Shown piece by piece: positions 24,301 to 30,000 of a stretch of DNA of 30,000 bases. Position 1 is the first letter of the stretch, and every line of letters starts with the position of its first letter. The translations under genes and the position numbers were made by a program. The notes beneath the pieces were generated by a model that saw only the letters and a program-made list of their open reading frames with translations, made no database searches and was not told the DNA's origin. The stretch is from Takakia lepidozioides (taxonomy: Eukaryota > Plantae > Bryophyta), in the NCBI GenBank assembly GCA_030704615.1, contig JAKLZA010000218.1, positions 1 through 30,000 on the forward strand. The letters are read 5' to 3'.

Positions 24301-27300
24301 CAAGAATCGGACTCTACAAGCTTCAAGAATTCAAGACAAGTGAAGACCCTCACCTGTGCCCGTCCCAAAAACCACCACATAAAGATGTGTGTTAGCGAGG
24401 ATGCATCAGGTGAGTGGCAGGTCTTCACAGTTGCTATCCATGTCAGTGCTGAATTCTAAAGCATGTACAGATCACAATTCAAGCAAGGGTAACCTCAAAA
24501 GACCTTGAGTGTTTGCGGTATGCCCTGCGCCATGGCGTCCAACAGATCGTCTCCAACAGAACACAATCACAGTAGAAGGGTTCACAGATAGAGAAGAGCT
24601 CATACAAAGTGAAAGAGCCATATGTAATATGTAGATAAATAGGGGTAGAGTACTTCCCAACGAGGAGTAAAAGCGCCGCTGCAATTAAAAAGAACCATGA
24701 GGGTCTGAGCAAAGCAATCATCGCTTTGTCACCTGCCAGAGAAGAATCTGCATGACCGCCAATGCGCATCCCAAGAGCCAGCCATCACGGGTACCATGCA
24801 GCAGTTGGGGAGCAGATTTACACGGCGCATCATCAAGGATCCCTGAAGCACGAGCTCTGTGCTGTGAAAGGTGTCGACCTGCTTAGGGCACAGATCCCCG
24901 ATTTCTCATCCAGGGGGGATGAAAAGTCGCATTCTAGCAGGAGATGCACTGGTCAATGGATGACATCCATTAAAAAGGTAACTTTTAGGGTTAGGGTATA
25001 GGCTCAAGTTTAATAACTGCCATCATTTCTAATAAATGATGGTAAAATTACTCTCTCCTGGATTAAAATAGGTCACCATCGTTCATGGAATTCATCCCGT
25101 TTGGATGAAAAAGGAGAAAACAAATGATAAACCAAGATTTATGCACAGCAAGGGTCATCATCCTAATAATTTCATCCAGATTTGGATGAGAAAGGAGATT
25201 AGGATGAAAAACCAAAATCTGCAGAGTAAGCGTCATCATCCTTCAAAAAATTCATCCAGTTTTGGATGAAAAGGGAATTGGGATGAACAACCAAATAACC
25301 AGCATTAAAAAGGTTAAGGCCAGATGAAATCCAAAGAGTTATAGAGGGAGAGAGGGAGAGAGAGGGACCCACCAGCCAATCCCCTGGCATGGCAGAACCT
25401 TACGGAGTGAGTGTGGTATGCACTCACCCCGTAAGGGAGTGCATACCAAACCCCTTCTCATAAGGTTTCCCCTCTTCCATGTAGTTCTATCCTTAGATTA
25501 TATTATCCAAGGGAGTAGAATCCTACATCCTCTCTTCCTCCGGTCATGAATGAAACATTGGCATAAAGTGTATCATAGCAAGACTGGTATAGTATCACGA
25601 GAAAAGAACAGAGAGTTCAGTGGTATACTTAGCTCTGGATAGGTACAAGTTTTTAGAAAATACCTTTCAGTTTCTCAATAAGCTCTCGCACAGGGAAGAA
25701 CAGGCTAGGGAAGGAACCTCGTTCAAGGAACCTTGTCAAGATATAGCAGCAGCTCAGGTCTGTAGTACCATGCCTGTGATATAGACAAAACATCTTCTAG
25801 CAACAGATTAGAGTTGGGTATTTTTTTATGGTGCCACAAGGAGCGAAGCCATATCTAAGAGAAGTATAGAAGCACTTGATCAAAGGACTTGGTAGTCACT
25901 CGATCATAAGGTATTTGATTCTGATATAAGGCATCGGCTACAAGGGACTAGCTAACAAAAGTAGTGTGCATTGACCGGATCAAGTATAAGGTGTACACAT
26001 ACTCCCGTAAGCTGTCTTACCAGGGCTTAGCTCATAATATCGGCATTCAGAAGTCCTTTAGATGCTCAGGTATCATCAAGGATGCCTTACTCTTCATACC
26101 CAATCAATCAACCATACTATTGCTGGAGAAGATCATACCTGGCCAAGGGGGATTCATACCCCAAGGCTTTAAGTTCATCATTCCAGTTTGGAATGTGTTT
26201 GCTGCCTATCTGCCTGCAAGGCTCCTCAAAAAATATCGTCAGTACATCAGAATGAGAAGGTGAAACAGGAAAGGAGAAGGGTAGATGGTGTGTACAAAAA
26301 CCACTAAGTACACTGATCAGATAAAGAGAGGGAAGATATACATGTCATGTCAAGACATGGACAAGACCACTAAGGTCATTGTCATTGAAAGACAAAGCAG
26401 CCCTTTACAGGGCACCATCTAACAACCACTTCCATGTTTACCATCTCATTTGAATATCCCATTACATTTCAGGGTATCTGAAAAAACAGGGTGGGAGGGT
26501 GGGATTCTTGGTCAATCATATTATGAAAGCACCATAGTTTGACATACAACGATCACCACCATACTTGCCGATTGTAACATCATTTCAAAAACCAGATTGC
26601 AGGTCTGGAGATAAATCTCGAGAGCCAAGCACATAGTACTTTAAATTGCAATTGAAACAGCAAGCCATACATGTCTTAAGCATTTGCCTGTTGACATAAT
26701 GATTCCTCATTTTTTGTTGACATGGGTCAAGCCTTACATAATCCAGTTCTTGAGCCATTCATCTTCCTAAAAAGGCATCCTGTGTTGGCTTGAAACCGAT
26801 CTATCAGTGCCAAGACACATGCAAGATTCGTAAAGTAGAAACGGGGCTGAGTTTTTTCAGGCATATGCAGGCCTGGATTGGTATTCCGGGGCCTCATAAA
26901 CAGCTCTGCCAGGGTAAAAAATAAATAACTCAGAATTCCAGGTCAATCATATCATGAAAGCACCATGGTTTAATAAAAAAATTCCCCTATACTTGCAGAT
27001 TGTACCTTCATTTCAGAAACCAGATTGCAGGTCTGGAGATAACCTCCAAAACCAAGCCCTTCAAGCAACAAGTGTCTTTCTTGCTTAGTTTTATCTAAGT
27101 AAGAATATCTCTACACCTAGCAAGGTGTATCATGACCAGGTTTAGGCCATGAAAAAGTATTTAAAACTGTCATGCTAGGCTACTTGCTGGACCATAAAGG
27201 TTACTGTTTTAGAATCCAGTTTTTGAATAAGTCGCCTTCCTAAAAAAACAGCCAGCCTGAAGGTATCATAGCATTGCAAATAAATGAGCAAGCATTACAT

Positions 27301-30000
27301 GCAATGACATGGCTTATTTGAGTCTCTGTAAGGAGCTGCAGGTCTGGAATGGAATTCCAGGACTTCATGATCAAAACTCTGCCAGGGTAGAAGGTTAGAA
27401 GCACACAACACCTACTAGCAAGCAGGTCTTGAAAATCAAAATTATGATGGGGCCAGGTCTGAAGGTGCTTCAGTGCCAAGTCATAGGCAAGACTTCTAAC
27501 AACACAAAACACAGGGCTGAGTACCCTCAAGCAGATATGGGCCTGGAGTGGAATTCCAGGGCCTCATAAAAAGCTCTGCCAGTTAAAGAAAGGAACTCAG
27601 AAACCCCTGTCCCCTATCATGCAATGAAATCACGGTGATATGAGAGCCTTGAAGAATGTTTGTTATCAGACAAGGTCTATCTTCTGATCCATCAAAGCCA
27701 AGGCCATGATGTTTCATTTCAGAGCCTAGTTTCCATGCAGCCAGAGTTATAGCTGCAGCCCTATACCTTTGTTGAAAACAGCCAGAGCCTTCAGTAGAGA
27801 TTTTGTTTTCTATGAAGTCCCTTGTGTGTCTTAACTCCAAAACATGTAGAAGTGGTCATCAAGAACCAAAAACAAGGGTAAGGAGTAAGAAGGCGATCCT
27901 CATTAGAGCAGACTTGAAGCCGTTTTGAGGCAGCAAGGTGGCAGATTTGAAACAGCAACTGGCATCGGCAGCTTCAGGCGGTAGCAACAATCCCTTATGC
28001 AAGAATCGGACTCTACAAGCTTCAAGAATTCAAGACAAGTGAAGACCCTCACCTGTGCCCGTCCCAAAAACCACCACATAAAGATGTGTGTTAGCGAGGA
28101 TGCATCAGGTGAGTGGCAGGTCTTCACAGTTGCTATCCATGTCAGTGCTGAATTCTAAAGCATGTACAGATCACAATTCAAGCAAGGGTAACCTCAAAAG
28201 ACCTTGAGTGTTTGCGGTATGCCCTGCGCCATGGCGTCCAACAGATCGTCTCCAACAGAACACAATCACAGTAGAAGGGTTCACAGATAGAGAAGAGCTC
28301 ATACAAAGTGAAAGAGCCATATGTAATATGTAGATAAATAGGGGTAGAGTACTTCCCAACGAGGAGTAAAAGCGCCGCTGCAATTAAAAAGAACCATGAG
28401 GGTCTGAGCAAAGCAATCATCGCTTTGTCACCTGCCAGAGAAGAATCTGCATGACCGCCAATGCGCATCCCAAGAGCCAGCCATCACGGGTACCATGCAG
28501 CAGTTGGGGAGCAGATTTACACGGCGCATCATCAAGGATCCCTGAAGCACGAGCTCTGTGCTGTGAAAGGTGTCGACCTGCTTAGGGCACAGATCCCCGA
28601 TTTCTCATCCAGGGGGGATGAAAAGTCGCATTCTAGCAGGAGATGCACTGGTCAATGGATGACATCCATTAAAAAGGTAACTTTTAGGGTTAGGGTATAG
28701 GCTCAAGTTTAATAACTGCCATCATTTCTAATAAATGATGGTAAAATTACTCTCTCCTGGATTAAAATAGGTCACCATCGTTCATGGAATTCATCCCGTT
28801 TGGATGAAAAAGGAGAAAACAAATGATAAACCAAGATTTATGCACAGCAAGGGTCATCATCCTAATAATTTCATCCAGATTTGGATGAGAAAGGAGATTA
28901 GGATGAAAAACCAAAATCTGCAGAGTAAGCGTCATCATCCTTCAAAAAATTCATCCAGTTTTGGATGAAAAGGGAATTGGGATGAACAACCAAATAACCA
29001 GCATTAAAAAGGTTAAGGCCAGATGAAATCCAAAGAGTTATAGAGGGAGAGGGAGAGAGGGAGAGAGAGGGACCCACCAGCCAATCCCCTGGCATGGCAG
29101 AACCTTACGGAGTGAGTGTGGTATGCACTCACCCCGTAAGGGAGTGCATACCAAACCCCTTCTCATAAGGTTTCCCCTCTTCCATGTAGTTCTATCCTTA
29201 GATTATATTATCCAAGGGAGTAGAATCCTACATCCTCTCTTCCTCCGGTCATGAATGAAACATTGGCATAAAGTGTATCATAGCAAGACTGGTATAGTAT
29301 CACGAGAAAAGAACAGAGAGTTCAGTGGTATACTTAGCTCTGGATAGGTACAAGTTTTTAGAAAATACCTTTCAGTTTCTCAATAAGCTCTCGCACAGGG
29401 AAGAACAGGCTAGGGAAGGAACCTCGTTCAAGGAACCTTGTCAAGATATAGCAGCAGCTCAGGTCTGTAGTACCATGCCTGTGATATAGACAAAACATCT
29501 TCTAGCAACAGATTAGAGTTGGGTATTTTTTTATGGTGCCACAAGGAGCGAAGCCATATCTAAGAGAAGTATAGAAGCACTTGATCAAAGGACTTGGTAG
29601 TCACTCAATCATAAGGTATTTGATTCTGATATAAGGCATCGGCTACAAGGGACTAGCTAACAAAAGTAGTGTGCATTGACCGGATCAAGTATAAGGTGTA
29701 CACATACTCCCGTAAGCTGTCTTACCAGGGCTTAGCTCATAATATCGGCATTCAAAAGTCCTTTAGATGCTCAGGTATCATCAAGGATGCCTTACTCTTC
29801 ATACCCAATCAATCAACCATACTATTGCTGGAGAAGATCATACCTGGCCAAGGGGGATTCATACCCCAAGGCTTTCAGTTCATCATTCCAGTTTGGAATG
29901 TGTTTGCTGCCTATCTGCCTGCAAGGCTCCTCAAAAAATATCGTCAGTACATCAGAATGAGAAGGTGAAACAGGAAAGGAGAAGGGTAGATGGTGTGTAC

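Larger units (their letters stand above)
12138..30000. repeat. Head-to-tail tandem array of a ~3.70-kb unit (megasatellite); four complete units plus a partial fifth, running off the window
   Basis: Equivalent positions fall at 12138, 15842, 19543, 23248 and 26947 (periods 3704, 3701, 3705, 3699). The same short ORFs recur, e.g. at 14859, 18562, 22265, 25964 and 29669. Units differ only by scattered substitutions and small indels. Confidence 0.98.

Noticed and set aside
12366-29968. Recurring 60-120-aa ORFs in the 3.7-kb units
   Set aside because: No recognisable domain, frequent non-ATG starts, and lengths change with indels between units. Recurrence only reflects the repeat.

Overview
Eukaryotic, intron-containing DNA, most likely from a land plant (a non-seed lineage is my inference). 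The window has two parts. (1) Positions 1-12137 look like most of a large Mutator-like (MULE) DNA transposon whose left end lies outside the window. It carries an intact two-exon transposase on the minus strand (GCM/WRKY-like Zn domain, DDE core with CxxH, C-terminal SWIM finger). A divergent, multi-exon gene on the plus strand reconstructs as a ParB/Srx-like N-terminal domain fused to a beta-class N6-adenine/N4-cytosine DNA methyltransferase-like C-terminal domain, and it is frameshifted in this assembly. Between the two genes lies a ~63-bp-phased array of the palindrome (GGA)TGAATTTCGGCGCCGAAATTCA(TCC), which recurs in introns of the plus-strand gene and near the right end of the element. 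(2) From 12138 to the end of the window is a near-identical ~3.70-kb tandem array (four full units plus one partial). The element appears to have inserted into this array. The main candidate for a new system is a transposon encoding a prokaryote-type ParB-MTase-like protein together with its own array of parS-like palindromic sites.
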